Assembly (NCBI RefSeq): GCF_001194135.2
Contig: NC_069002.1
Coordinates: 34,797,249-34,861,248 of the forward strand
Origin: Octopus bimaculoides
Taxonomy: Eukaryota
Direction of reading: 5' to 3'
DNA: 64,000 bases
In this document: piece by piece, positions 25,827 through 39,153 of the stretch
Layout: every line of letters starts with the position of its first letter
Numbering within the stretch: the first letter of the stretch is position 1
The notes under the pieces: model-generated
Told to the model about the DNA's origin: nothing
The model's database searches: none
The model's input: only the letters and a program-made list of their open reading frames with translations
Made by a program: the position numbers and the translations under genes

Positions 25827-25857
<31 letters not shown>

Positions 25858-26529
25858 TCATTAGTTCATATATAGAACCAGGAAGAATGCACAAATATGA
25901 AAAGTTGTTAATCTACCTGGCCCGGTGAGATGCGAATACGTTTTACGTTTTAATATTCAGTTATCCACGGGAGACCTTATTGACAGACCGAAGCGTGCTT
26001 AGTAAACATTAAAACGAAGGCAGTAAATTAGAACAATCTCTGCTGATTCAGTGCTTGATTGTCCCTCTTCGTTAACACTGATTGGGCGTTTATTAAAGAG
26101 GCGGGCGTAGTGGATGCCGTTTTGTTTAGCTCAATGTTTAGCTCACCATACACAGCTTCAAATGACTTCAATGAACAAAAGAAGCATTAAATATTTAAAC
26201 GTTTCCACAGAAACCATGAGGATTTATTATTCAAGCAAAGAGTTAAGCAATTACATCAGTAGCGTAAATATCATTAAATGAATGTTCTATTAGTATATTA
26301 ATTGATATACCCCAGTTGAATACAACAATAACGTGGCTCCATTGAGCAGTGAATAATTATTTCTGAAAGCAGACAGCATTTCATATAAGGCCAAACATAC
26401 ACTTGAATAAACATAATTGTTTAGAATAACAACTTGTGAAATAAAATACACATGGTACCTACGGATACACTAATGAATAATGCAGCGTTGTACGAAGAAG
26501 GCACGGTTGAGAGTGTATGTGTTGTGTAT

Positions 26530-26570
<41 letters not shown>

Positions 26571-26859
26571 TGTGTGTATGTGCGTATGTGTGTGTTTTGT
26601 GTGTCTGTGTGTCTGCGTGTGTACGTGTGTGCGCGTGTGTGTGGGTGAGTGTATGAGTGCGTATGTTTGTATGTTTTCTGGGTTCGGGTGTATGTGTGCA
26701 GAAACGTGGGCAAAATTTCTATTATATATTTAATACGTTCGGATATTGCCTCGAAAATTAACACACATCTATCTATCTATCTATCTATCTATCTATTTAT
26801 CTATCTGTCTATCTATCAATCTATCTATCTGTATGTATGTATGCATATATGTCGGTATA

Positions 26860-26920
<61 letters not shown>

Positions 26921-26941
26921 GCATGTATGTATATATGGGTA

Positions 26942-27150
26942 CTTTTTAACTAAATCCAGTGGCTAGCCTTCTCCACTGTAGTTTGGATATTAGTCATGGT
27001 GGCATTTACCTTACGATGAGTTAGGCCTAACGATAACAACAGTCGTCTAACACTGTGTCCAACAAATCCTCCTCACCCGACTTCGTTTGGAAAATGCTCT
27101 GCTTCCCAGCCTGTGTCTTCACATTCTTCGATAGAATCTTGTATGCAGGA
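26942..27150 (-). pseudogene. 3' end of a HERO/NeSL-type RLE non-LTR retrotransposon ORF
   Basis: Minus-strand translation IEECEDTGWEAEHFPNEVG*GGFVGHSVRRLLLSLGLTHRKVNATMTNIQTTVEKASHWI*LK matches the C-terminal restriction-like endonuclease signature (C..GW....P.EVG.RGF ... ASHWIWLKR). Two in-frame stops replace conserved C and W codons. Confidence 0.75.
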
Positions 27151-28292
27151 AGTGTTTACTCGGCAAAATGTCCAACTTTGTTAGTACTGCTCCCTCTGAT
27201 TTGATGTCTATGTGATAAAACCCGTCCGTTTTTTTTTTCTATTGCATATATTGGTACTTGGAGTCATTTTATTTTTGCCCCTTCACAGTTTTATCTTTCC
27301 TTTTCATTTTTTTTTTTTCATCCATACACCTCNNNNNNNNNNNNNNNNNNNNNNNNNNNNNNNNNNNNNNNNNNNNNNNNNNNNNNNNNNNNNNNNNNNN
27401 NNNNNNNNNNNNNNNNNNNNNNNNNNNNNNNNNNNNNNNNNNNNNNNNNNNNNNNNNNNNNNNNNNNNNNNNNNNNNNNNNNNNNNNNNNNNNNNNNNNN
27501 NNNNNNNNNNNNNNNNNNNNNNNNNNNNNNNNNNNNNNNNNNNNNNNNNNNNNNNNNNNNNNNNNNNNNNNNNNNNNNNNNNNNNNNNNNNNNNNNNNNN
27601 NNNNNNNNNNNNNNNNNNNNNNNNNNNNNNNNNNNNNNNNNNNNNNNNNNNNNNNNNNNNNNNNNNNNNNNNNNNNNNNNNNNNNNNNNNNNNNNNNNNN
27701 NNNNNNNNNNNNNNNNNNNNNNNNNNNNNNNNNNNNNNNNNNNNNNNNNNNNNNNNNNNNNNNNNNNNNNNNNNNNNNNNNNNNNNNNNNNNNNNNNNNN
27801 NNNNNNNNNNNNNNNNNNNNNNNNNNNNNNNNNNNNNNNNNNNNNNNNNNNNNNNNNNNNNNNNNNNNNNNNNNNNNNNNNNNNNNNNNNNNNNNNNNNN
27901 NNNNNNNNNNNNNNNNNNNNNNNNNNNNNNNNNNNNNNNNNNNNNNNNNNNNNNNNNNNNNNNNNNNNNNNNNNNNNNNNNNNNNNNNNNNNNNNNNNNN
28001 NNNNNNNNNNNNNNNNNNNNNNNNNNNNNNNNNNNNNNNNNNNNNNNNNNNNNNNNNNNNNNNNNNNNNNNNNNNNNNNNNNNNNNNNNNNNNNNNNNNN
28101 NNNNNNNNNNNNNNNNNNNNNNNNNNNNNNNNNNNNNNNNNNNNNNNNNNNNNNNNNNNNNNNNNNNNNNNNNNNNNNNNNNNNNNNNNNNNNNNNNNNN
28201 NNNNNNNNNNNNNNNNNNNNNNNNNNNNNNNNNNNNNNNNNNNNNNNNNNNNNNNNNNNNNNNNNNNNNNNNNNNNNNNNNNNNNNNNNNNN

Positions 28293-28378
<86 letters not shown>

Positions 28379-28400
28379 TGATGATGATGATAATAATATC
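28293..28400. repeat. (AAT)n grading into (GAT)n microsatellite
   Basis: Direct reading of the sequence. Confidence 0.95.
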
Positions 28401-29103
28401 AACAATGCCGACAGCGATAATAAATATTATTATCACTTTAATGCTGTTGATATTTTTTTTCTTATTGGCGTTGTAATTGCTATAGTTATTTTTGTTAATG
28501 TTGGTGCTACTCCTAAAATCTGTGTTGTTTTAACGTTTGTTGTGATTCAATTTCGTTATCAAAACTATGTAGATAATTTGAATCGATAGATGTAACGTAG
28601 GAGGAAAAACCTTTTGAACCGCATTTATTTGTATATTTAGCATGCATAAATGTACATACATGCATGCATACATATATATGTGTTTGTATAGAGAGATATG
28701 GAGATGAATAGAGAGAGTGAAAGAGGGAGAGAGAGAGAGAGAGAAAACGTGGTAGGTTCATATGCACGAATAAGCGTGAGTGTATGTGAGTGTTCATGGT
28801 GAACTAAATTTCCCCCTTTTTTTTTTTTTTTTTGGTAAAAACGTTATCTTCAGTCTTTGAGAAAACTATCGATATTGTTGGTTGTTAATATCATTATCAT
28901 TCATGAATTCTTGTAGAGAGAACTCTTTGCCTAATTGATCAGACGTCGACTCAAGACTAGTTAACTGGTTCAGAAATGGATTGCTTTGTGTCAGTGTCAC
29001 GTGGTGTAAACAAAGTAAAATGATTTTAATGAAATGTTACATCTTCTTCGAAATATAATTGCATAAATACGATAAACATCTTTGTATNNNNNNNNNNACA
29101 TAA

Positions 29104-29154
<51 letters not shown>

Positions 29155-29224
29155 CACATACGCACACCTCCTCACTCATCAGCTCCCGCATACACACACA
29201 AATGCACACACATACATCTTTATA

Positions 29225-29305
29225 TATCTTTTATCTTTTACTCGTTTCAGTCATACGACTGCAGCCATGTTGGGCACCGCCTGAAAGGGTTTTAGTCAAA
29301 CATTT
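29225..29305 (-). mobile_element. SINE family B, 3' end
   Basis: ttttactcgtttcagtcatacgactgcagccatgttgggcaccgcctgaaagggttttagtc. Confidence 0.7.
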
Positions 29306-29371
29306 CTTATACATTTTTTCAGTCAAACATTCCTCATTTCATATAACACTCCTTCTTTTTCTCTTTCCTAA

Positions 29372-29422
<51 letters not shown>

Positions 29423-30109
29423 NNNNNNNNNNNNNNNNNNNNNNNNNNNNNNNNNNNNNNNNNNNNNNNNNNNNNNNNNNNNNNNNNNNNNNNNNNNNNN
29501 NNNNNNNNNNNNNNNNNNNNNNNNNNNNNNNNNNNNNNNNNNNNNNNNNNNNNNNNNNNNNNNNNNNNNNNNNNNNNNNNNNNNNNNNNNNNNNNNNNNN
29601 NNNNNNNNNNNNNNNNNNNNNNNNNNNNNNNNNNNNNNNNNNNNNNNNNNNNNNNNNNNNNNNNNNNNNNNNNNNNNNNNNNNNNNNNNNNNNNNNNNNN
29701 NNNNNNNNNNNNNNNNNNNNNNNNNNNNNNATATATATATATATACATATACATGCATAAATGAATATATCTATGTATTCAGGAATATGAGTATGCCTAT
29801 GTATATATGGACGAAAAGAAAGAGAGGAAAAAACAGGGAGAGAGACACGCGCATATAGACAGATTAATAAGATGGTTAGATAAAGAGAGAGAAAGAGAGC
29901 GGGGAGGGAGAGCGCGAGAGAGACATAAAGAGATTCAGGCAGAGAGATAGGCAGATAGAAAGACAGACAGAATAATAGTTTCCTGGATAAATAAGTTCGA
30001 GTGTGAATTGTTGTTTTTTTTTTCTTTTAGTCTGTCAAACGAATACTACTTTTCGATGGAAAGGCATTCCTTTGTTAAATTATACATATCTTCTGGATGG
30101 AGGGAGTGC

Positions 30110-31310
30110 TTTTCAACTTGTCTGTTGACATCAAATTTAATGTATGCTGTTATAAGTTTCAGCACTCAAATTCCTTTGCTCAATTTTATTAGACAGCAGA
30201 CATTATCACAAAAGAACACCGAATGAAAATCATTTATATTTTGTGGGTGATTAATTGAAAATCATTTTTGTTTTACTTTATTCAACTTCCTGTTGCATAG
30301 AAATTCTAGACACTACAAAAGAGTGAGACTTTTCTCTTTTAATATTTCAAATAACTGTAGTGAAAAATGAGAATTAAAAGGAATGTAATAAGTCGGTATT
30401 TGTACCCATAGAATTCCGACTATGATAGGCTGCATGAAAGGATTTCCACCACTAGTTAAAAAGCAAAATGCGGATGTTATTAAAACTCACTGCTTTCGAT
30501 TCAGACAAGCTTTGATTACAAAATCACGAGGAGTTTAAATGAAACAAGTCCTAAATCAATTTCCCGTAATGATTAATTTTATTAAAAGCAGAGCATTAAT
30601 AACTCGTTTGTTTCAAAAATTCTGTATAGACATGCATCGACGCACAGGTTTTAACATTCGCCCACTAAAATGCGAATATTGCCAAGCTGGAAGCCGCTGT
30701 GTCCTGTGCATGATCTATGAAAAGAGTTTCACGCATTTCTTCTTCAAGATATAAAGCGAAGACGTTATCATCATCTTCAAAACAGGGTATGCATTTCAAA
30801 ACCTGAATATTTGACAAGGATTTCAGCATCTTAATAACCTGAACAGATGCATTCAACGTTAAAATGAAGATATAACATAATCGGCAGATAAACTAAAAGA
30901 ATATGAGGAAAACGTAATTTTCCGGAAAAGAAAACTAAGAATGGTGGTTTTGAAATATCTCTGATGTCTATCGCTATCAAACATGACAAATCTCGCGAAA
31001 AATGTAGCTTTTATTTCCTACTACTAAAGTATAATATGAATAAATTTGAAACACTTTCGTGGTAACTTTGACTGATTTTGGATATCAAATACACGAAGTT
31101 GGATTGTTAGCATCTATTTCCAGTAATCTTGGACTAACAATCAAATTTGAGGAAGTGTCTCTTGAAATATTTTGGCTTTCCACCAGGAAAAAAATTCCTT
31201 CAGTTGATAAAATTGATTTGTGTCTATTGATCAAATTTTCAACACCAATCTATATGAATTACGATTTCATCGTCTGATATAATATGTAAAAAGACAAGAA
31301 ATAGATATAA
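30110..31310 (+). pseudogene. Decayed hAT-superfamily transposase (Buster/Charlie/SPIN, ZBED5/SCAND3-like)
   Basis: Ordered motifs across frameshifts: LSVDIK..SFAQF; VGICT..PTMIGCMKGF..VKKQNADVIKTHCF..RQALITK; MKQVLN..VMINFIKSRAL.TRLFQKFC.DM; FQHLNNLNRCIQ..ADKLK..FRKRK; LASISSNLGLTIKFEEVSLEIFWLSTRK..PSV..LLIKFST (hATC dimerisation region). Confidence 0.9.
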
Positions 31311-31568
31311 AGATATATATATGTATATATATTGCAATATGAGGGGGGAAATTGTGAGTTTGTTTACTAAGAAAAGTTCTCATGTTTCACAGAAATATGA
31401 TTAATAAAACAAGATAAACTGGATTTTATCAAATATTCTTTGTAAATTTTAACTCAGAAACAGTTTGCTTTTTTAGCTTTGTAGAGCGAGTTTAATCACA
31501 CACGTGTGCGTGTGCGTGCTTGTGTGTGACTGGCTCTCTTTCTCCCTCTTTCTTTCTCTCTCTCTCCC

Positions 31569-31600
<32 letters not shown>

Positions 31601-31602
31601 TG

Positions 31603-31634
<32 letters not shown>

Positions 31635-31950
31635 NNNNNNNNNNNNNNNNNNNNNNNNNNNNNNNNNNNNNNNNNNNNNNNNNNNNNNNNNNNNNNNNNN
31701 NNNNNNNNNNNNNNNNNNNNNNNNNNNNNNNNNNNNNNNNNNNNNNNNNNNNNNNNNNNNNNNNNNNNNNNNNNNNNNNNNNNNNNNNNNNNNNNNNNNN
31801 NNNNNNNNNNNNNNNNNNNNNNNNNNNNNNNNNNNNNNNNNNNNNNNNNNNNNNNNNNNNNNNNNNNNNNNNNNNNNNNNNNNNNNNNNNNNNNNNNNNN
31901 NNNNNNNNNNNNNNNNNNNNNNNNNNNNNNNNNNNNNNNNNNNNNNNNNN

Positions 31951-32232
31951 GATACAGGAAACCCCAAAATGGCAGAAATTCAAAAGATAGTGCTCATGGG
32001 AACTGCCCATAATCCTACGTAAAATACTGACTATGTAATCTCAAATTTTAAAACAAACTCATAATTTTCTTATGGTTTCTTAAACATTCTGTAGAACAAT
32101 ACTAGGTACAAAACCAAATATATGGTATCCTAGGCATAACACCTACATGAACTTCTGGCTTGTTGTCTCTTGAGGTCTCTGGGTGAGACCTGGAGCCAAC
32201 TTGTACAAATGCAAAGCAAAAGTCAAACATAA

Positions 32233-32300
<68 letters not shown>
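31951..32300 (+). mobile_element. 3' end of a Dong/R4-type non-LTR retrotransposon with 3' UTR and (TAA)n tail
   Basis: GNPKMAEIQKIVLMGTAH, then after a 1-nt insertion ILRKILTM*, the typical R4/Dong RLE C-terminus. About 195 bp of UTR follows, then (AAT)n at 32232-32300. The 5' part is lost in the gap. Confidence 0.85.
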
Positions 32301-33754
32301 GTGGCTAGCAAGCATTAAATAACGATAAAGGTAAACTTATTAATTTAAAATCAGGGCTCAAGATAGTACACAGCATTGCAAGAAATAAAAGTCAAAACTG
32401 CTGAAAACCACAGTTATCACTAATACACACTGGTGAATTCGATGAAACGAGTAAATATAAAAGTCAAGTTACCATAGTGATTCAGAATCGCAAATTAATT
32501 TACAGACGAGTACGTCTGTAATTCTTTTTCCGGAAAATAACCACATCCAAAACGACAGTTATTTCGTCAAGAACAAAATTCCTATATTGAGCTCAAGTAT
32601 ATTAACCTCATTGGTGCAATATATTTGATAATAAGTATATCTGTTTAAATGATCAACGTTGACCTGGGGCTGAGCAGCCTCAACAACCATAACATCAGTG
32701 GTTACATACCATCGCTGACGTAGTTATACAGCCGAGATAATCTCACTTAAGAGCAGTCTTGTGGCAAGAGGCTTAAACCAGCTTAATCTGTTACATATGT
32801 TTCAGCCAAACAGCAGAGATATATTGATTAATTTGTACCGAAAGTGGAATGCCAAGTCCAAGAACTTTACTTTAGATCTCGCAATCTTTTCTCTAAATCA
32901 TTAAGTTGCAAAATATAATTGTCAGTAGCAATCTTTTGGGAATGAATTGAATCAAGCCGACCAGCAAATCGTCTGAAACCTGGATTAGATAATCTTTTTT
33001 TAATTTTAATAATATTAACATTACTAATAATAATAACAATAACAACAACATCAACGAGCATTATATTAATAATAACAACAACAATGCAGAATAGACAGGG
33101 CCAATTATACGGACTGCATAATAGACAGGACAGCTATATTAATTTAGGTATTTGTATCAGTAATAACAATAATTATAGTATGCATTATCTTAACCATTCT
33201 ACCTAATAATTAGCCACCCTAATAATGATGATGGTAATATTCATGATTCCAATCATAGGGCTGACTGCCTACGACAGTTTTTATAAGTCACTATAAATCT
33301 CCTCTTTGCTACACACTGATATAATTTTTCATCAGGTATACTTCCTCATTTCATTCTATTTTTGATCTCTCTTTATGCTTTATTTCCCTTTATCGTTCAT
33401 TTGTGATGACCATTAGCAAATTTACCACTGCAGCCCTATTATACTTTCCCCATTTTATTTTTCTTTCTATGTTTCAAATTCCACCTCACTCAGAAATCCT
33501 TATCTACCTTTCTAATTACTTTAGAAATTTATAAACAATGTTCCATACAATGATTTTAATCAGGATCTTCAGATGAGAATAACCTGTTTTTTGACACTAG
33601 ATCTCTCGCAATCTGTTAATCCACGCACTTACAATATTATTCAAAACCATTACATAGAACACGTAGTTGTGTCACAAGTAATTGTTAATCTGAGACAACT
33701 ATAAAAATAAGAATGGTTTACATCTTTCATTTATTCGCTTACAATTATTTTCAG

Positions 33755-33846
33755 GAACTTTTGTTTCTCTAGCGTTCTTACTTCCACACCTGCTCAACGA
33801 AGATAGTCCATATAACCGACTTCCATCACTAGATGAAGGAAATGAA
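33755..33846 (+). CDS. Candidate host-gene exon, product unknown
   Basis: Acceptor ttattcgcttacaattattttcag|G; frame (G)TFVSLAFLLPHLLNEDSPYNRLPSLDEGNE; possible donor GAA|GTTAAG. Confidence 0.3.
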
Positions 33847-33986
33847 GTTAAGTTTTCTGATTTATTTATGCAGTATTCAATGGCAACATATAATATGTTC
33901 ACTTCTGAATTGTTCAACATATCTGTATATCGTATATCTGTGAGTTTGTCTGTGTATGTGCGCATATGTACATATGTATATGTATG

Positions 33987-34053
<67 letters not shown>

Positions 34054-35676
34054 TTATATTTATATAGAGAGAGAGAGCTAGATAGATAGATAGAGAGAGA
34101 GATGTGCAAACTTATATAGTGATATATGTGCAATAATTAAAAACACGTCTATACTATCGAGAACTTTTATTAAACATTTATGTGTCGAATATTTGATCAT
34201 TGATGGTAAAATGAATTAGAATATATAATGCTCACACAGTTAAGTATTAATACGCTAGTCATGTGGGTGTGATTATATGCGAGCACGCGCGTATGCTCTT
34301 ATATTCGTTTGTATGTAAAATAGACTGACGGATAGACAGTAGGTAAAATACCGAATATGTTTAGCGATTCGAATGATTAATTAAATATAATTAATATGTA
34401 GATAGATTAGTTGTTAGCTAGAAGATTGATGGTGGCAGGAGTATATGAAATGATGTAGCAAGGGGACAACATCAATAGATATGTCAAATTGTTAATGTAA
34501 TTAATTTAAACTTCCTTGAATATAATATCTCCAATTAATGCTTTCAAAAGTGTCTTGCTGTGTTGGATAGCCTGTATGATTTTAGTTCTAAAAATGTCCT
34601 CTTACTTTTAGCTTATCCTGGGTTCGTATCGTATTTAACCCTACTGGAGCATAGCCTCGAGTTGTTCAAAGTCTTGTCAGACCTGTATAGTTGAAGAGAA
34701 TTATGTGAATGTAAGTTTATAAGACTTGTCCTCAATGTTTCGAAGAATATTTAAATCGTCACCCGATTTACGGTCACTGTAGTAAGGTCTGGTTGTGTAT
34801 TTCGACATTCATTACTTCATTTCAATCCGTTTCTTTTATGGAAAGCTTCACAAGAGTAAGTCACACTGTCCTTCGACAAAATCCGAACATAGTGTCCCAT
34901 TCATGGGAACTTGAACAGAGCAACGAGTATCACAGTGTCTTGCGACACGAAGGAAGTTACTGGTTTGTACATCTATGACTCCTGTTCCCAAGTTAGTAAT
35001 TCATTCGCTTCACGATCATTACATTGAAGCCAGGATCTCTATTTCCACCTTCAAGTTTTTATTTTTAATTCGTTCCATCCATGTAAGGCTTCACAAGAAT
35101 CAGTCATTATAGATTTCATCCTTGGACTAATGGCATACATAATGATATACCTTAAAATTTAACACAGTAAATGATTATGTAAGATTTATGTAAAATTCTT
35201 AGTCAGCAGAAATAATATGGAAATGCTATATTTGCAGATTCTTCTACATACCAGAAATTGGTAACGTTGATAACTGGTTAATACATGTATATACATATAC
35301 ATCCGCGTGTGAAAAGGTATGTACATGTGCATGTTATCTGTGTTGTGTGCCTAAGCGTGTGAGTGTCTGTGTGTGTGTGAGTCTGTGTGTGTGTCTGAGT
35401 GTGTGTGTGTGTCTGTGTGTCTGTGTGCATTGTGCGTGTGTGTGTGCATATGACTGCGTGTATGTGTGCACACATTTTGTTGATTCAAAGAAAACTTGCA
35501 ACGTCTTCTGTAGAAGTGAAACTTCGAAAACCTATAGTACTGAGGCACACTGGTGCAAACGTTTCCATCTACTCCACAGGTATAATGCGCACACGCACGC
35601 ACGCACACACATACATATGCGTATATAAACATGCATACACATGCATTTATATTTCTGTGCGTGTGATGTGTACATA

Positions 35677-35724
<48 letters not shown>

Positions 35725-35962
35725 AGCGATTGCAGTCTATATATATATATATATGTGTGTATGCATGTATATATGTATATATGTGTGTATGAATATTCTC
35801 ATATATATTTGAATTATATAGAAAGAGAGCGAGAGAGTGAGAAGGGGAGGGAGAGAGAGGGAGAGAGAGTCAGGGAGAGAGAGTCAGGGAGAGAGAGGTA
35901 GGGAAGCAAATAAACACAGTGACGCTTGACATTTACATATATATACATTATTATAATTTTAG

Positions 35963-36059
35963 TGGTGGATACCAACCACTGCGGCCGCATCAAATTCTAC
36001 CCGCTACACTTCTCAGTCCATCGTCGCTGCCTCCAGACCCTAGCGATAATCAAGGATAG
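35963..36059 (+). CDS. Candidate terminal exon, Pro-rich, product unknown
   Basis: Acceptor ttataattttag|; frame GGYQPLRPHQILPATLLSPSSLPPDPSDNQG*; locally GC-rich; AATAAA shortly after the stop. Confidence 0.25.
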
Positions 36060-37462
36060 TCTCTGCAATAAAGCTGTCGATTTAAGTGTGACGACGTTTT
36101 CCCCTTTCTTGCATCGCATTGAAGTGTGTTCCACCAGACAAATTTGGATCCCTCCCCATAAGAATAGCACACGCAGTAACAAGATAGTCACAGCTCTATA
36201 TGCATATGTGTATAGAAAAGTATTTATGTTGAGCGTAAAATATACAGCATACTAAAATGAGACTACATAATTTCTTAACGCGACTGCTGTTTCAGGAAGT
36301 TCGGATTTACGTGATAAATACGATGTTCATAATTTGCAAACAGAATTTGCATAACGTCTCGTGTATCCAACCAGTAAATAGTTACACAGAGATATTACTA
36401 TAAGTTCGGCCTCCTTCGTCAAGAGAAAGCAGGGAAAAGCTGTTCCCAATTTTTCTTGTTGAATTTCTCGTTTCTCCCTAGTTAAAAAAAAACATATACA
36501 TTGGGTATCAAACTTACATCTGTTTTCTACGATGATTCGGTGTGACTGAGAATGCCTTGCATACTATTTGCCGCATGTCGAGTGAAAAAGCACGTCTTCT
36601 CTTTCTCTAGTAATTATTCAGCCTTGTACACAAGAACACCCCATCTTTATACGAGTCAAAGTCAATCTAGAACTAGAATATACTTTGGCTAGATCTTTCC
36701 TAAAATAATACGATGTGGTTGGTTGTCTTCCAGTCATCTATCTGAGTAATGGTTTGGGCATTAGGACATGATAGTTAAAATCTTGCTGGCAGATTTTATG
36801 AGAAATAGATAAACATTTAGGGATTGGAGTCCATGGGCCTTATACACAAATGTTTACCATGTTAGAATAATGACTGAAGGTAATAGTCATTGTTGCCTGA
36901 TGCATGAAAATAAAAGAGGAGTTTCAGCGCTAAAATGTTTAATCTATCAGAGATAGAAATTTTAATTAATTTTAATTCATTAATAAAAAAAAAAAGCATA
37001 TTTTATAACTAATTATGTTCAAATAAAGGATGGAGAAAGACCACGATTTCAAATTAATTGAAATTGATTAAAATTTATATTAATTGAAATTAATTAATTA
37101 ATGTAACAGACTACAGTGAGAGCAGACCATACAGAACATCAAATGAGTTCGGCTTAGAGAAAACCAGTTAATATGTTAACTACGTTATATTTCTTTTCAA
37201 CAGAGAATAGAATAGAAACCCGATTCTATAAACGTGTTATAAATCTAAACAAAGCATATAACCGTTGCTTTATTGAGCGCATTCAAGATATTGGGGGTTT
37301 TATTACAAATTGCAAATGAATATAATGCACAAAATATCAGTTTTGTATCTCGTAAATAATATAAAGGATTAAGATATGACGAAGTTGTTAACAATTCAGA
37401 TAGCCATAAGACAGGCATGAATAAGCACACACCGTTGATGCATTTTAGTTTTAACTCTCGTC

Positions 37463-37719
37463 TAGTAGTCTTCAACCGGGTCCATAAGACCCTGGGTGGT
37501 GGGGCATAAAAGATATTGTTCTTAAAATTTATCAGCAATAAATTGGTTATACTTCTACAATAAATGAAATAGTTTAACACATTTTAACCCAATTCCTAAA
37601 AATATTTAATCCTAATAATATAACAGGATTTTTTAAAGCGTGGAATGGCTGTAGGGGTCCACCAGCGTGAAGTAGAAATTCCCAAGGTTCATTGGATAAA
37701 AAATGTTTGAGAACCACTG
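37463..37719. mobile_element. Non-autonomous hAT-type MITE (about 257 bp)
   Basis: Left end tagtagtcttcaacc and right end gtttgagaaccactg form imperfect CAGTGGTT(C/T)TCAA-type TIRs, with subterminal gggtcca motifs. A further cagtggttcccaaa TIR lies at 37761. No clean 8-bp TSD is recognisable. Confidence 0.6.
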
Positions 37720-37825
37720 TTCTACACCAGTGGACCCAAGTTCTTCACACTAGTTCCCATCAGTGGTTCCCAAAACATATATTTAAATTGGTTTTCCTAA
37801 GGGTACCTTTCAATAAGCTTACCCC

Positions 37826-37878
<53 letters not shown>

Positions 37879-38727
37879 CTTGCAAGATTTTTGTTGTGAA
37901 ATTGAGTGTTGAAACAGATGTTGTATTTGGGGATGGTCATATTGCCAGTTTAGTCAATAAAAACACACGCACTGTATATTTGGTGTTAATTTGCTTCAGC
38001 TTTATATTACATTACATTACATTAATCATATTTCGGCCAGAGTTCTTTCGTCACACATCTGTGACCTCATCATGAAGAGGTCACAGAAGTGAGATTTGTA
38101 GATGAAAAGTCTAGATGAATGCATTTTCAACGAAGGACTATCTCTGAATACTTGTAACAAACAATATTCCGAGAATATCTTCCAATATCCCTGGTGGCGG
38201 TTTTAATTTGTGCGGTAATTAGTTCTTTGGACTTAGAATGCAAAGAATCGGAAACAATAAAGCAAGAAATATTTGGTCCGCTATTTATATAATTCCGCAT
38301 ATACACTGTTGTGAATACGTTCCGTATAGGGTATCGACCTCGAATTGATAAAGCTGGATTATTCTGAGGCATTATGTCGACGTTCTAAGGACTCTCTGAA
38401 CTCGCAAGTTATTAATCTCGACACTCCTACTTAGCTGTTTGCAACGTTCAGCTATAATGTCTGAAAATATCGGTCTCACAGGTATTTTTCCAACTATTTC
38501 ATTGCTTTATTCAAAGAAAGAAAATAAGCCTTGATTTTAACATAGCTTATCAAAGTCGATATGTTACAAATAAAACCGGTCCGTAAGAAAGCTCTTTGCC
38601 TTATTCGTTTAGGATTGTTTATAAAATAAATCTAGCAGTCAGGAACGCTGTTGAGTGTTTGATATGTATATATATATATATAACATACAACTTCGTTATT
38701 TGAAATGTGCACGGAAATAGACGAAAA

Positions 38728-38900
38728 TGTTGATGTGTTTACGTCCCCATAATCTAGCGGTTCGGCTAAAGAGTCCGACAGAATAAGTACCATGCTTACA
38801 CAGGATGAATCCTGGAGTCGATTTCTTCGCCTAAAGGTGGTGCTGAAGTATGGCCGCAGTTAAATGAGAGAAACAAGTAAAAGAATTAAAAGAAATAATA
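38728..38900 (+). mobile_element. SINE family B, 3' half
   Basis: gatgtgtttacgtccccataatctagcggttcggc...gaataagtacc...aaaggtggtgctgaagtatggccgcag...gaaacaagtaaaag. Confidence 0.8.
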
Positions 38901-39153
38901 AATACACACACACACACATACAGACACTTACATTGCCGTTGTTTCAGGCGATCGAGGGCGGCATTGAAGGGCACAGTAAGACATCGATAATATCGATTTC
39001 CGACCTTATTGTGAAATCTGCCACTTACCTTATTAATTCATTATTTATGGAACCGCTAAGCTGTGGGTTATGCAAAAACTGGGATTCTTTGTCAGGTAAT
39101 GTTTTCAAAATGTAACACCGGAGTCGAAGGCACGCATGAAGATACAAAACATA

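Noticed and set aside
26075-26130. CCAAT-like and GC-box-like motifs (gattgggcg, ggcgggcg) suggesting a promoter
   Set aside because: Short motifs with no CpG island or linked first exon; not supportable from sequence alone.
32690-32800. Frame ending EIISLKSSLVARGLNQ, vaguely like a GIY-YIG C-terminus
   Set aside because: Only the GLN-like motif matches and no upstream catalytic motifs are recognisable.
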